Positions 29,775 through 39,428 of a stretch of 64,000 nucleotides of DNA are shown piece after piece (the first letter of the stretch is position 1; each line of letters starts with the position of its first letter). The translations under genes were made by a program, and so were the position numbers. The DNA is from an uncultured Nitrososphaerota archaeon (GTDB taxonomy: Archaea; Thermoproteota; Nitrososphaeria; Nitrososphaerales; Nitrosopumilaceae). A model generated the notes under the pieces. That model saw only the letters and a program-made list of their open reading frames with translations. It made no database searches and was not told the DNA's origin. The stretch covers positions 896,001 through 960,000 of the forward strand of contig OY969559.1 of NCBI GenBank assembly GCA_963701075.1, in the 5' to 3' direction.

Positions 29775-31880
29775 TTACTTTCTGTTTATGCGATTTAGAA
29801 CAGATTCTTTAGCTTTTAACGCATAAACATCCTTTGGATTTATCTCAAGTACCTTATCAAAGCATGATGTAGCTTCCTCATATTTACTCAGATTGTATAG
29901 TGCAAGACCTTTGTTGTATAATGCACTGACATCCTTTGGACATTTCTCCAGTACATTGTCAAACCATGTTATTGCCCCTTCATATTTACGCAGACTGTAA
30001 AGTGCAGTACCTTTGTTAAATAACGCATTAACAAAATTTGGATCTACCTTTAGCACCTTGTCATAGTATGTTATCGCTTCCTCATATCTTCCCAGATAGC
30101 CAAGTGCGAGACCTTTGTTGTTTAATGCACTGACATAATTTGGATCTACTTCAAGTGCCTTGTCAAACCATGTTATCGCTTCCTCATATCTGCCCCGATT
30201 TTTAAGGTCAATACCTTTGTTGTTTAATGCACTGACATAATTTGGATCTACCTTTAGCACCTTGTCATAGTATGTTATCGCTTCCTCATTTCTGCCCAAG
30301 TTTTCAAGTGCAAGACCTTTGTTGTTTAACGCTTTAACATAATTTGGATCTACCTTTAGCACCTTGTCATAGTATGTTATCGCTTCCTCATTTCTGCCCA
30401 GGTTTTCAAGTGCATTACCTTTGTTGTGTAATGCACTGACATAATTTGGATCTACTTCAAGTGCCTTGTCAAACCATGTTATCGCTTCCTCATTTCTGCC
30501 CAGGTTTTTAAGGTTAACACCTCTGTTGTTTAACGCATAAACATCCTTTGGATTTATCTCAAGTACCTTATCAAAGCATGATGTAGCTTCCTCATATTTA
30601 CTCAGATTGTATAGTGCAAGACCTTTGTTGTTTAACGCTTTAACATAATTTGGATCTATCTCCAGTACCTTGTCATAGTATGTTATCGCTTCCTCATATC
30701 TTCCCAGATAGCCAAGTGCAAGACCTTTGTTGTGTAATGCACTGACATAATTTGGATCTACTTCAAGTGCCTTGTCAAACCATGTTATCGCTTCCTCATT
30801 TCTGCCTAGGTTTTCAAGTGCAAGACCTTTGTTGTGTAATGCACTGACATAATTTGGATCTACTTCAAGTGCCTTGTCAAACCATGTTATCGCTTCCTCA
30901 TTTCTGCCCAAGTTTTCAAGTGCATTACCTCTGTTGTTTAATGCGTTAACATCCCTTGAATCTATCTCCAGTACCTTGTCAAACCATGTTATCGCTTCCT
31001 CATTTCTGCCCAGATAGCCAAGGGCATTACCCTTGTTGTGGAATGTTTTAACATAATTTGGATCTACCTTTAGCACCTTGTCATAGTATGTTATCGCTTC
31101 CTCGTATTTACCCCGATTGTATAATGCATTACCTTTGTTGTTTAACGCTTTAACATATTTTGGATCTATCTCCAGTACCTTGTCATAGTATGTTATCGCT
31201 TCCTCATTTCTGCCCAGGTTTTCAAGTGCAAGACCTTTGTTGTATAATGCTTTAACATCTTTTGGATCCACTTTGAGAATTTGATCATAATATTCTAATG
31301 CTTTTTCATAATTGCTACTATAATAGAAACCACTAGCTTCTCGTAAAAGAAAGTCTTTTGAAATATTGATTGATTCACAATGTCTTTCTAATTCTGTCCT
31401 CATATTTTCAATTTCCTTGCTGCGAGCTTCATCTATCTTATGGACAGTTTGACCAAACTGCCCCATTTCATTTTTCAAGTAGTCAAGCTTGAAATCTACA
31501 AGAGCATTATTTGTAACAATAATTTCCCGAATTGTCTCAAGCATGATTTCTTTGGCGGTGATTTGTTTCGGATCAGTTACATCTACCAAAATGGCATCCA
31601 ACTTGGTTGCAATTTTGTCATAGTGTTTCTCACCTCTACTTTGTATGTCTTTGAAGTAGCTTAGAACATGCTCTGCCTTTTGCTGTGGTGGCAAATCAGA
31701 AGGATAACTACTGTAGATGCTTGTTGCTATTGGACCAAAAAAAGGCAGATTAGAAAGCATCGCTGTAAGGACTCGATCCAGTGCAGGATAATCATTTTTG
31801 AAAGTAGCGATATTCTCTGCTATCGTTTTATTCAGCTCGTTTATTTTTTCGTTAAATTCATGCCACGAGGGAAGACGCAT
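29775..31880 (-). CDS. TPR protein (~15 tandem 34-aa repeats) with a ~170-aa unknown N-terminal domain
   Basis: Repeats of V.AL.NKG.AL..LGR.EEAIT..DK.L..DP.Y with 102-bp DNA periodicity. Confidence 0.95.
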   Translation of the reverse strand: MRLPSWHEFNEKINELNKTIAENIATFKNDYPALDRVLTAMLSNLPFFGPIATSIYSSYPSDLPPQQKAEHVLSYFKDIQSRGEKHYDKIATKLDAILVDVTDPKQITAKEIMLETIREIIVTNNALVDFKLDYLKNEMGQFGQTVHKIDEARSKEIENMRTELERHCESINISKDFLLREASGFYYSSNYEKALEYYDQILKVDPKDVKALYNKGLALENLGRNEEAITYYDKVLEIDPKYVKALNNKGNALYNRGKYEEAITYYDKVLKVDPNYVKTFHNKGNALGYLGRNEEAITWFDKVLEIDSRDVNALNNRGNALENLGRNEEAITWFDKALEVDPNYVSALHNKGLALENLGRNEEAITWFDKALEVDPNYVSALHNKGLALGYLGRYEEAITYYDKVLEIDPNYVKALNNKGLALYNLSKYEEATSCFDKVLEINPKDVYALNNRGVNLKNLGRNEEAITWFDKALEVDPNYVSALHNKGNALENLGRNEEAITYYDKVLKVDPNYVKALNNKGLALENLGRNEEAITYYDKVLKVDPNYVSALNNKGIDLKNRGRYEEAITWFDKALEVDPNYVSALNNKGLALGYLGRYEEAITYYDKVLKVDPNFVNALFNKGTALYSLRKYEGAITWFDNVLEKCPKDVSALYNKGLALYNLSKYEEATSCFDKVLEINPKDVYALKAKESVLNRINRK

Positions 31881-32087
31881 TCAATCTACATTTCACTTTA
31901 AATTAATAAAGATTGTATGTTCATAAACTACACTGAAATAACAACAAGATATTTCAGGATTCCAACAAACCGTGATATAACAAGCCTTACAGGACCCAAA
32001 CTTTCAATGGGTTCGGACTTGTGAGAACTACCCATTGACTCAAAGTCGTGGTATCTGCAAAGAAACGAGACGTTACTATGTTGTTTT

Positions 32088-32207
32088 TTATTTATCGTTC
32101 AAATCTTTGGATTTGCCTTCGGCAATTAGGCAATCATGACACAGTCTTGGTTTTAAGGTAGCCAACTCTTTATGCTTTTTGCAGCGTTTGCAAATTTCTT
32201 TCAACAT
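32088..32207 (-). CDS. 39-aa zinc-finger microprotein (not in the ORF track)
   Basis: MLKEICKRCKKHKELATLKPRLCHDCLIAEGKSKDLNDK*, two CxxC motifs. Confidence 0.55.
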   Translation of the reverse strand: MLKEICKRCKKHKELATLKPRLCHDCLIAEGKSKDLNDK

Positions 32208-32350
32208 GCATCTACCTTGTTCATGATAAACTATTGAGCTTTCAATAAAATAAAGTTATTTGGATTTCTTTTCACTGCGAGTAAGGTCCTTCTTTTCAGA
32301 CTTGATAATATCATTTCTACTTTAAATCTTGGCTCAACGTACTAGTCTCT

Positions 32351-32659
32351 ATGAGTTTGCGCATAATAACATCGCTTAAGAGAAATGGCACAGAAATTGT
32401 TGGAGTTGGAATAACTGAATTTGGCAAGAATACATATCTTGATTTGAAAGATGTATACGAGAATCAGGTTAGAATTTTTGATGAAATAAAACAGGGTAAA
32501 CGGGACAAATCTGAAAAGCCGATTTACGTTCTCTGGATGGACGAAGAATTTGGATATCATCTTATGCATGTGGATAAAAAAGACGGAAAATATGAGCTGC
32601 GCTCAAGAACAGGAAACATAGATAAATTATTGAGCGACCTTCCTGATTACAAAGAATAG
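32351..32659 (+). CDS. Hypothetical protein
   Basis: 102-aa ORF with a TATA-like element ~25 nt upstream; ends LLSDLPDY. Confidence 0.6.
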   Translation: MSLRIITSLKRNGTEIVGVGITEFGKNTYLDLKDVYENQVRIFDEIKQGKRDKSEKPIYVLWMDEEFGYHLMHVDKKDGKYELRSRTGNIDKLLSDLPDYKE

Positions 32660-32671
32660 AGGGTATAAAAA

Positions 32672-32791
32672 ATGGCAAAATCCAAAACACAAAGAAATCA
32701 AAAATATGCTAACCGAGAGAAAGCCCTGACCAAGAGAAAGTTTTCAAAGCGTTTACTTGGAAGACAAAATAAAAAATCGAGAACCAGATAG
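32672..32791 (+). CDS. 39-aa highly basic microprotein
   Basis: MAKSKTQRNQKYANREKALTKRKFSKRLLGRQNKKSRTR*, closely spaced between neighbouring ORFs. Confidence 0.5.
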   Translation: MAKSKTQRNQKYANREKALTKRKFSKRLLGRQNKKSRTR

Positions 32792-32794
32792 GCC

Positions 32795-32911
32795 ATGACA
32801 GAACTATCAAAACTACGGGCTTGCATATTCTGCGGTTTGGTATTTTATCCAGTGGATTCTATAATAACCTGTACTAAATGTGGCAGGTCAACAGAAAAAT
32901 TACATAGATAA
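32795..32911 (+). CDS. 38-aa zinc-ribbon microprotein
   Basis: MTELSKLRACIFCGLVFYPVDSIITCTKCGRSTEKLHR*. Confidence 0.55.
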   Translation: MTELSKLRACIFCGLVFYPVDSIITCTKCGRSTEKLHR

Positions 32912-33006
32912 CACCAGAACTCGTACATGATGACAAATTGAGTTTTTACTGCCACTTTAGCTGTCTTAAGTAGTATCGTAACATGTGAATCTCAGAGATA
33001 AAAAGA

Positions 33007-33165
33007 ATGAAGAATTTTTTCAAGGCCCTGTGGAAATCCAAACCAGAGGAATCTAAAGAAAAACGCCAGACAGAGCAGGAAGAAATGAAAGAAGAGGCGC
33101 ACGAGCTAGAGCAAGTCGAGCAAGATGCGCAGGAAGATGTTAGAGAAACAGAAGATGAAGAATGA
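33007..33165 (+). CDS. 52-aa acidic microprotein
   Basis: MKNFFKALWKSKPEESKEK..EDVRETEDEE*; amphipathic N-terminus and a Glu-rich tail. Confidence 0.55.
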   Translation: MKNFFKALWKSKPEESKEKRQTEQEEMKEEAHELEQVEQDAQEDVRETEDEE

Positions 33166-33248
33166 CTATTCTACAATAACATCAAAAAGCTTACCTGATA
33201 TCAGGTGTTAATAATTTCATGGAAAGAGACCATTTTTGGAGGCAAAAC

Positions 33249-33326
33249 ATGTGCTCTGATTGTAAAAGAATAAAATGTAAAGAGGGATGCAACTGCGATT
33301 GTCATTTTGACAAGAGTAGATTATGA
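33249..33326 (+). CDS. 25-aa Cys-rich (metallothionein-like) microprotein
   Basis: MCSDCKRIKCKEGCNCDCHFDKSRL*, 6 Cys + 1 His. Confidence 0.45.
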   Translation: MCSDCKRIKCKEGCNCDCHFDKSRL

Positions 33327-33390
33327 CATACTTGGCCAGCTCTGGTATAACTTGTTAAATTTTTAAAATAGAATCAATGGTATGGTCTAC

Positions 33391-33633
33391 TCAAGTAACT
33401 TTAGGTATAACAGGTTGCTTCTTGACTTTGTCTATTGCTTCTTTTATGATCCCTTTTAGCTCTTCACGTGTCATACTTTCTACATTTCTGCCTAGACTCT
33501 CCTCGATCTGGCAAGTTAGTTCCTTCTTGATATCACTGAAAATCTTTTGTTGGAGGTTATAATCTACTATCCCAGTCTCTCGGACAGTTTGGCTAAAGAC
33601 TTGCTCTATTACATCCCATGCAATTTCTTCCAT
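33391..33633 (-). CDS. Hypothetical protein
   Basis: 80-aa helical ORF downstream of the Lrp-like gene. Confidence 0.55.
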   Translation of the reverse strand: MEEIAWDVIEQVFSQTVRETGIVDYNLQQKIFSDIKKELTCQIEESLGRNVESMTREELKGIIKEAIDKVKKQPVIPKVT

Positions 33634-33648
33634 AACTAATCCTTGTAC

Positions 33649-33948
33649 CTACGCCACACATGCCGATGTCAGGTTCATGACAGAGAGAACCACATTCATA
33701 TGCAATATCTCATTGTTTATCAATTCTCTTAGTTCGGACTCGGTCATATTTTCCAGCTTGACAAGTATGTCATATTTCCCATGTGTTCGCAGGATCTCCT
33801 TTACCGATTTGAGAGTTTGGAGTTTTCTTATTACAAGTGTCTCCTTTCCTGGCTGGCAGCTAATGAATGCAAATGTTGGACAGATTTTATCGTCCTGAAT
33901 TTTTTTATCACGTTTTGCATCAAATTGAGCTTGCATCTCTTGTGTCAT
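33649..33948 (-). CDS. Stand-alone Lrp/AsnC ligand-binding (RAM) domain protein
   Basis: AFISCQPGKE..VKEILRTHGKYDILVKLE pattern. Confidence 0.8.
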   Translation of the reverse strand: MTQEMQAQFDAKRDKKIQDDKICPTFAFISCQPGKETLVIRKLQTLKSVKEILRTHGKYDILVKLENMTESELRELINNEILHMNVVLSVMNLTSACVA

Positions 33949-34157
33949 GTTATAATTCCTCTGATTCTATTACGTCCTAATCTCTAATAAAGCGGCGTAA
34001 TATGTCATTTGTAGCTGCAAAAAAGTATAACTCTCCTATTTTGGTAGTATTTCCTTAAGTGGTACTATCACATATACTATAGTTGAACAAAATACAAGAA
34101 AGTAAGAATCACTACAAAATTGGAAAACAACTAGTAGGAAAAATTCGATTCTCTCCT

Positions 34158-34307
34158 ATGGTAAATGTACTTGAAGTGATAAAACCATCAGTATGGAAAA
34201 AAGAGGTACATGCTTCATTTAAGAAAGTCATCGCATTTGACCTTCTGTTTATGGTACTTGGTGGATTTATTGGGGCTGGAATCGTCACTGCAGTTCTATT
34301 GAAATAG
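34158..34307 (+). CDS. 49-aa single-TM microprotein (paralog of 56050-56199)
   Basis: MVNVLEVIKPSVWKKEVHASFKKVIAFDLLFMVLGGFIGAGIVTAVLLK*, followed by a T-tract. Confidence 0.7.
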   Translation: MVNVLEVIKPSVWKKEVHASFKKVIAFDLLFMVLGGFIGAGIVTAVLLK

Positions 34308-34588
34308 AACTCTTCTTTTTTGTTGAAATTTGATTTAGCGAAATTTACGGGACGGAATTTTTGGATTCAGATCTGCAAGACTCGAACTTTCTCCAAACCT
34401 TGAAATTTAACAGCTATTAACAAATGTACAATAAATTAATACAAAATCAAAAATGGGGTAGACGCGCTAAAACTGTTTTGGTGCAAACCTTATGAATTTA
34501 GTTAAATCTGTTTTAGCAGAATTTACAGGCATCACACAGTCACCTTCTAGTAGAAAATCTAAAATCTTTGCAAAAGATAGAAAATAGA

Positions 34589-35341
34589 ATGAAAGGAAAA
34601 AAAGGGCTTGTAGTAGGCATTGCAAATGAACATTCCATAGCGTGGGGGTGCGCTCATGCTCTCCATCAAGCGGGAGCGGAGCTGGCCGTTACGTATCTAG
34701 ACGAAAAAACAAAAGACTACGTGGCACCCCTTGCTGAAATCGTAGGTGCCGAGATTTTCGCTCCTTTAGACATCACAAATGAATCTCATCTCGTGGCTCT
34801 AGTAGACGAGATCAAGAGCCGGTGGGGCCATCTTGATTTCCTTTTGCACTCGATCGTTTATGCCCCAAGATTAGATCTTCATGGCCGGGTGGTAGATTCA
34901 TCCCGTGAGGGTTTCTTGAATGCGATGGATATTTCATGTCACTCTCTGATCCGGCTTGCCAAGGCGGCCGAGCCGCTGATGAATGGTGGTGCGATTTTGA
35001 CGATGAGTTATTACGGGTCTGAAAAAGTTATTCCACATTATGGTATCATGGGTCCAGTCAAGGCTGCCCTTGAGGCCACGATGCGTTACCTTGCAGTCGA
35101 GCTGGGACCGAAGAATATCCGCGTCAATGCGCTGTCGCCAGGGCCTGTCAAGACACGTGCTGCCTCCGGTTTGACTGATTTTGACAGGCTGATGGAAATG
35201 GTTGCAAGCGCCTCCCCGTTGCACGATTTTGTGACGCTTGAACAGATCGGTCAAGCATCGGTCTTTCTGATGTCTGACAATGCGAAAAACATTACGGGAC
35301 AAATTATTTACGTTGACAACGGCTACCACGTTAAGGGGTAA
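34589..35341 (+). CDS. fabI: Bacterial-type enoyl-ACP reductase
   Basis: GIANEHSIAWG, Y..MGPVKAALE, RVNALSPGPVKTRAASG and ITGQ..YVD.G motifs; visibly GC-richer than its flanks. Confidence 0.9.
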   Translation: MKGKKGLVVGIANEHSIAWGCAHALHQAGAELAVTYLDEKTKDYVAPLAEIVGAEIFAPLDITNESHLVALVDEIKSRWGHLDFLLHSIVYAPRLDLHGRVVDSSREGFLNAMDISCHSLIRLAKAAEPLMNGGAILTMSYYGSEKVIPHYGIMGPVKAALEATMRYLAVELGPKNIRVNALSPGPVKTRAASGLTDFDRLMEMVASASPLHDFVTLEQIGQASVFLMSDNAKNITGQIIYVDNGYHVKG

Positions 35342-35544
35342 AGCAGCCCCATAAACAATTTTGATTACATCTTCCCTTGGGACATCAAATTAAGATTAGA
35401 TTATTATGCAAAAGCGGGCTCACAAATACGACCCAAATGGTACTCTAGTCCACCCAGGCCCGCTTTATCGTGTCATACCCGTAGCGTGCATATCACTGTC
35501 AATAATTAAATACAATTGAAGCCTTCAAAGTATCTAGACTGAAA

Positions 35545-36600
35545 ATGACGATTAAAGTTCATGGATATGCAGCACAGCAAGCAAAAGCATCTCTTGGCCC
35601 GTACTCTTTTGAGAGACGTGAGCCTTCTGATCATGATGTTGTGATTGATATTGGATACTGCGGAATATGCCACACAGACATACACCAAGTAGGTGATGAG
35701 TGGGGAGGATCAAAGTTCCCAATGGTTCCAGGACACGAGATAACAGGTATTGTCTCACAAGTTGGACCTAAAGTGACTCGATACAAGACAGGCGACAGGG
35801 TAGGTGTAGGATGTTTTGTCAACTCTTGCCGCAAATGTGAGCCTTGTCGTAAAAACCTTGAACAGTATTGTACAGAAGGAATGACTACAACTTACAATGG
35901 AACAGAAAAAGATGGCACTCCAACTCAGGGAGGGTATTCTAACAAAATAGTGGTAGATGAAAACTATGTACTCTCAATTCCTGACAATCTTCCTCTAGAC
36001 AAGGCAGCGCCGCTTTTGTGTGCAGGTGTCACGCTTTATTCTCCCCTGATGCATTGGAAGGCAGGCCCTGGAAAAAAAGTTGCCATAATAGGTCTTGGCG
36101 GTATAGGTCACATGGGCGTAAAACTTGCACATGCACTTGGTGCCGAAGTTACTGTGCTCAGTCATTCGCTTAAAAAACAAGAAGACGGCAAAAAACTGGG
36201 AGCAGATTATTTCTATGCCACTTCCGATCCTAAAACCTTTGAGAAACTCAAAGGATATTTTGATCTGATGATAAACACAGTTTCAGCCGAGCTTGACTGG
36301 AACAAATACTTGGATCTTCTTACTCTTGACGGTGCAATGGTCGTGGTTGGAATTCCAGAGAAGGAAACGCCGGTTGGTTCCTACTCTCTAGTTGCTGGTC
36401 GTCGTAGCCTTGCAGGCTCTCTCATAGGAGGCATCAAAGAGACACAAGAGATGCTTGATTTTTGCAGCAAAAACAACATCGCAAGCGAGATCGAAATTGT
36501 CCCGATTCAGAAAGTCAATGACGCCTACAAGCGGATACTCAATAGCGATGTTCGATACAGGTTTGTTATAGATATAAAATCGCTTGAACAAAACAGATAG
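35545..36600 (+). CDS. Zn-dependent NADP alcohol/aldehyde dehydrogenase (CAD/YahK-like)
   Basis: CGICHTD, PGHE, structural CRKCEPC..C, GLGGIG and DVRYRFVID motifs. Confidence 0.93.
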   Translation: MTIKVHGYAAQQAKASLGPYSFERREPSDHDVVIDIGYCGICHTDIHQVGDEWGGSKFPMVPGHEITGIVSQVGPKVTRYKTGDRVGVGCFVNSCRKCEPCRKNLEQYCTEGMTTTYNGTEKDGTPTQGGYSNKIVVDENYVLSIPDNLPLDKAAPLLCAGVTLYSPLMHWKAGPGKKVAIIGLGGIGHMGVKLAHALGAEVTVLSHSLKKQEDGKKLGADYFYATSDPKTFEKLKGYFDLMINTVSAELDWNKYLDLLTLDGAMVVVGIPEKETPVGSYSLVAGRRSLAGSLIGGIKETQEMLDFCSKNNIASEIEIVPIQKVNDAYKRILNSDVRYRFVIDIKSLEQNR

Positions 36601-36897
36601 TTCTATAAAATACATTTTTAGTTAGATTAAATTAAAAAAATAATGTCTCTATGGTTATTTGCAAATGATAAACATAGAGGGAGCGATAATATTGTTTAGT
36701 CTATAAAGTTGGGCTAGGATCTGTAATCGCTCGGAGGTAAGCTCTGACACTCGTTTTCTGGTAGTGGTATGATTGGCTTTAAAGATTGGATTCAAATTAT
36801 TATAGCCGCAGATCAATTATAATTTAACATCTTTAACGGTATTTTCTTTCACCAGCTATCTATGTGGTGATATGGTATCTATGATATTACCTAGTAT

Positions 36898-36932
36898 GGT
36901 ATTGCTATGCTACTAGGTAGTAAATTACTACC
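36898..36932. promoter_or_regulatory. Putative HxlR-family operators upstream of pirin
   Basis: GGTA-N9-TACT (36898-36914) and GGTAGTAAATTACTACC (36916-36932), immediately before TTTAAAA. Confidence 0.55.
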
Positions 36933-36964
36933 ACATTTAAAAGGGCGGCTGCCTATATGTATTC

Positions 36965-37690
36965 ATGATACAAACAATCAGGGCAAACGAACATCACAAA
37001 AGCGAGATGGATTGGCTCTCTACCTATTACCATTTCTCATTTGCAGATTACTTTGACCCAAAGAAAATGAATTATGGACCGCTTCGTGTCTTCAACGATG
37101 ACACCATACAACCAGGAGAAGGATTCGATCTACACCCACACAGGGATATGGAGATTGTAACATACGTAATTGACGGGGAACTAGAGCACGAAGACAGTCG
37201 CGGCAACCAGGGGGTAATCAAGCCAGGTGAGATTCAGGTAATGACTGCAGGATCTGGTATAATGCATGCAGAACGCAACCATTCAAAAGAAAAACCATTA
37301 CATCTTTTGCAAATGTGGGTTATTCCAGATAAAAAAGAACTAGCCCCATCATGGCAACAAAAGGGATACTCTAAAGAACAGAGACTGGACAAGCTGTTGC
37401 AAGTTGTTTCGCCGCTTGGTTTAAACTCAAATGGCGCACTAACCATGCATCAAAACGTGTCATTTTATGTCTCAAGTCTAACGCCAGGCGCTGAAATTTC
37501 GCATGAAATACAGCCCGGACGAAAGGCATACGTGTTTGTCATAGAGGGAAAAGTCCAGATCAATGGTACCACTATGCAAACAAAAGATGCCGCAAGAGTG
37601 GAAGATGAACGTAAATTAGCAATTAAATCAGAAAAACAAACCGAACTGATATTGATAGATCTGCCAGAAAAATACGCAGTAAAAACTTAG
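36965..37690 (+). CDS. Pirin family protein (YhhW-like)
   Basis: FSFADYFDP, LRVFNDD, HPHRDMEI, HEDS.GN and MTAGSGIMHAE motifs. Confidence 0.93.
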   Translation: MIQTIRANEHHKSEMDWLSTYYHFSFADYFDPKKMNYGPLRVFNDDTIQPGEGFDLHPHRDMEIVTYVIDGELEHEDSRGNQGVIKPGEIQVMTAGSGIMHAERNHSKEKPLHLLQMWVIPDKKELAPSWQQKGYSKEQRLDKLLQVVSPLGLNSNGALTMHQNVSFYVSSLTPGAEISHEIQPGRKAYVFVIEGKVQINGTTMQTKDAARVEDERKLAIKSEKQTELILIDLPEKYAVKT

Positions 37691-38028
37691 GTCTCTTTTT
37701 TTAATTTTGGCTTCCATTTATTTGCCCATTGGCCCAAATCCTCGAGTATTTCTTCTAGTTCCCTTGCTTGTTTTGTCAAGCTATATTCCACTCTAACTGG
37801 TATCTCTTGGTAAATTTTTTTAATCACAAGCCCATGACCCTCTAATTCTGATAGCCTATCTGATAGTACAGTACTGCTTATCCCAGAAACAAGTCTCTTT
37901 AATTCATTGAAACGAATGGTCTCATTCGTACTTAGATTTCTTAGAATTACCAAAGACCATGTCCTGCCAAGAACATGCCAAATGTCAGAAACATCGCACT
38001 GGACCATCTTTTTGCTCTTTGAATCCAA
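37687..38028 (-). CDS. HxlR/DUF24-family winged-helix regulator with an N-terminal Cys
   Basis: C....VLGRTWSLVIL..RFNEL..GISSTVLSDRL.ELE..P.RVEYSLT. Confidence 0.92.
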   Translation of the reverse strand: MDSKSKKMVQCDVSDIWHVLGRTWSLVILRNLSTNETIRFNELKRLVSGISSTVLSDRLSELEGHGLVIKKIYQEIPVRVEYSLTKQARELEEILEDLGQWANKWKPKLKKET

Positions 38029-38032
38029 CTGT

Positions 38033-38049
38033 GGTATGTTTTACATACC
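38033..38049. promoter_or_regulatory. Palindromic operator GGTATGTTTTACATACC in front of the HxlR gene
   Basis: GGTA-N9-TACC palindrome between the TATA-like TTTAAAA and the start codon. Confidence 0.6.
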
Positions 38050-38150
38050 TAGTTTTAAACACTTACCATGTCTTTTTTAAAAATCCATCTTCAATTTTGG
38101 ATTGATAGTGCTTCTGAAACGCAACACAAATTTAATTTTTCTAAATTAGT

Positions 38151-38198
38151 TCTTCACTAACAATGTTCATTCACAATGTTTCATAATTCTTTATATTG
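38151..38198 (+). promoter_or_regulatory. Shared-architecture promoter site B
   Basis: tcttcactAACA a TGTTcattcACA a tgtttcataatt cTTTATATtg. Confidence 0.65.
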
Positions 38199-38372
38199 TG
38201 TCTAATATATCGAGAGCAACGAATAACACTAAATCAAGTATATTTCAAAAATTGTTTGTAATAATATCTACGGTAGGTTCTATCATAGAAATATCTAATG
38301 ATGAATTTATACAGAGCGTCCAGTACGTGATTAACACTGAACATGGTAAAGATATGATTTCACGTGGTGTTT

Positions 38373-38930
38373 ATGGAAAATAGCAAGTGGGCAACAAGAT
38401 TCATCTGGAGTGCAGTGATCCAGGGAGGATTAGTTACAGCAGCTACGCTAATACTGTTTGTATATGGTTCTGTCTACTTCAAACCTACTCCTGCAACCGT
38501 AATTGCAGCGGGTAGTGCAGGCACATGGCTATTGATTGGATACATGGCATACATTGTCATGATAATAGCTCTTGGCGTAACAGCGCTTTTCTATGACTAT
38601 CTAGAAGTGAGGTTAGGCAGACCGATAACGGGAAAAAAGCGTAGTTTTCTCACCGTGATACATTTGTTGCTAATGAACGTAGGCATAACAGGCTCCACCT
38701 GGTTGCTCATGTATGTGGGATTCGTTGGCGGCGCGGCTATACTGCCTGTCTCTTCAGGTGGTAGAGGCTTGACAGATTTGCAAGCTCACGAGCAAATTCT
38801 TGCTCCATTTCCTCCTGTTATCATAGGATTCATTGTGGCGATCATGATCGGTGTCCTGTCAGGAGGGCTTGCCTACTTGCTGGAGCTAAAGTCCAAGACG
38901 AAATTCTCTGAAAATGATTCAATGAGATAG
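38373..38930 (+). CDS. Four-TM membrane protein
   Basis: Four hydrophobic helices; IHLLLMNVG and QAHE segments. Confidence 0.75.
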   Translation: MENSKWATRFIWSAVIQGGLVTAATLILFVYGSVYFKPTPATVIAAGSAGTWLLIGYMAYIVMIIALGVTALFYDYLEVRLGRPITGKKRSFLTVIHLLLMNVGITGSTWLLMYVGFVGGAAILPVSSGGRGLTDLQAHEQILAPFPPVIIGFIVAIMIGVLSGGLAYLLELKSKTKFSENDSMR

Positions 38931-38992
38931 ATATTCAAGATACAAAATTTTTTGATCTCAAAACCAGTACTGTATAACAGAAAGACAATGAA

Positions 38993-39313
38993 TCATTTCT
39001 TCTTTACTAAAAAGAAGCCTATGATAAATAGTGAAGCGCTGATGAGAAATGATGTTAGGTTGAGTACAAGAAAACCCAATCCTAGGGGTATGGGAACATA
39101 CAACGTTGGAATGCATAACCCATGAATGAAAGTATCGCAGGTAGGGAATCGCTTTGGAATTGTGGTTTCAAGCTCTGCTGATTGACGAGTTATGACGCCG
39201 ACAACATATGGGGATAGGAGCAGAACAAGACCTATGATGGCATTCCTGTCAAACTTTCCTGCCTTTCTTACCAAACTTGTAACCAAAAATTTCAATTTTT
39301 TAATCATTAACAT
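38993..39313 (-). CDS. Small membrane protein
   Basis: Two hydrophobic segments with a Cys pair in the loop. Confidence 0.55.
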   Translation of the reverse strand: MLMIKKLKFLVTSLVRKAGKFDRNAIIGLVLLLSPYVVGVITRQSAELETTIPKRFPTCDTFIHGLCIPTLYVPIPLGLGFLVLNLTSFLISASLFIIGFFLVKKK

Positions 39314-39428
39314 AACCCAGGGTTCTTTGCCTTTTTATTGATATGCTCATCTCCAAACACCTTAAATTCTTCATCTTTTTCTAGCGTTACAACAGTTTGC
39401 CTTGATATGCACCTTGTGAATTCTTCAA

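Noticed and set aside
29775-31300. TPR repeats as a CRISPR array or diversity-generating retroelement
   Set aside because: The repeats are in-frame 102-bp coding units without unique spacers. There is no cas or reverse transcriptase gene and no adenine-specific TR/VR pair.
29653-35462. Possible attR copies of the tRNA-Arg 3' end (CTGTTATCAAGAGAACCCT at ~29653; AGTCCACCCAGGCCCG at ~35447)
   Set aside because: The matches are short and degenerate, and there is no integrase in the window, so the island's right boundary cannot be defined.
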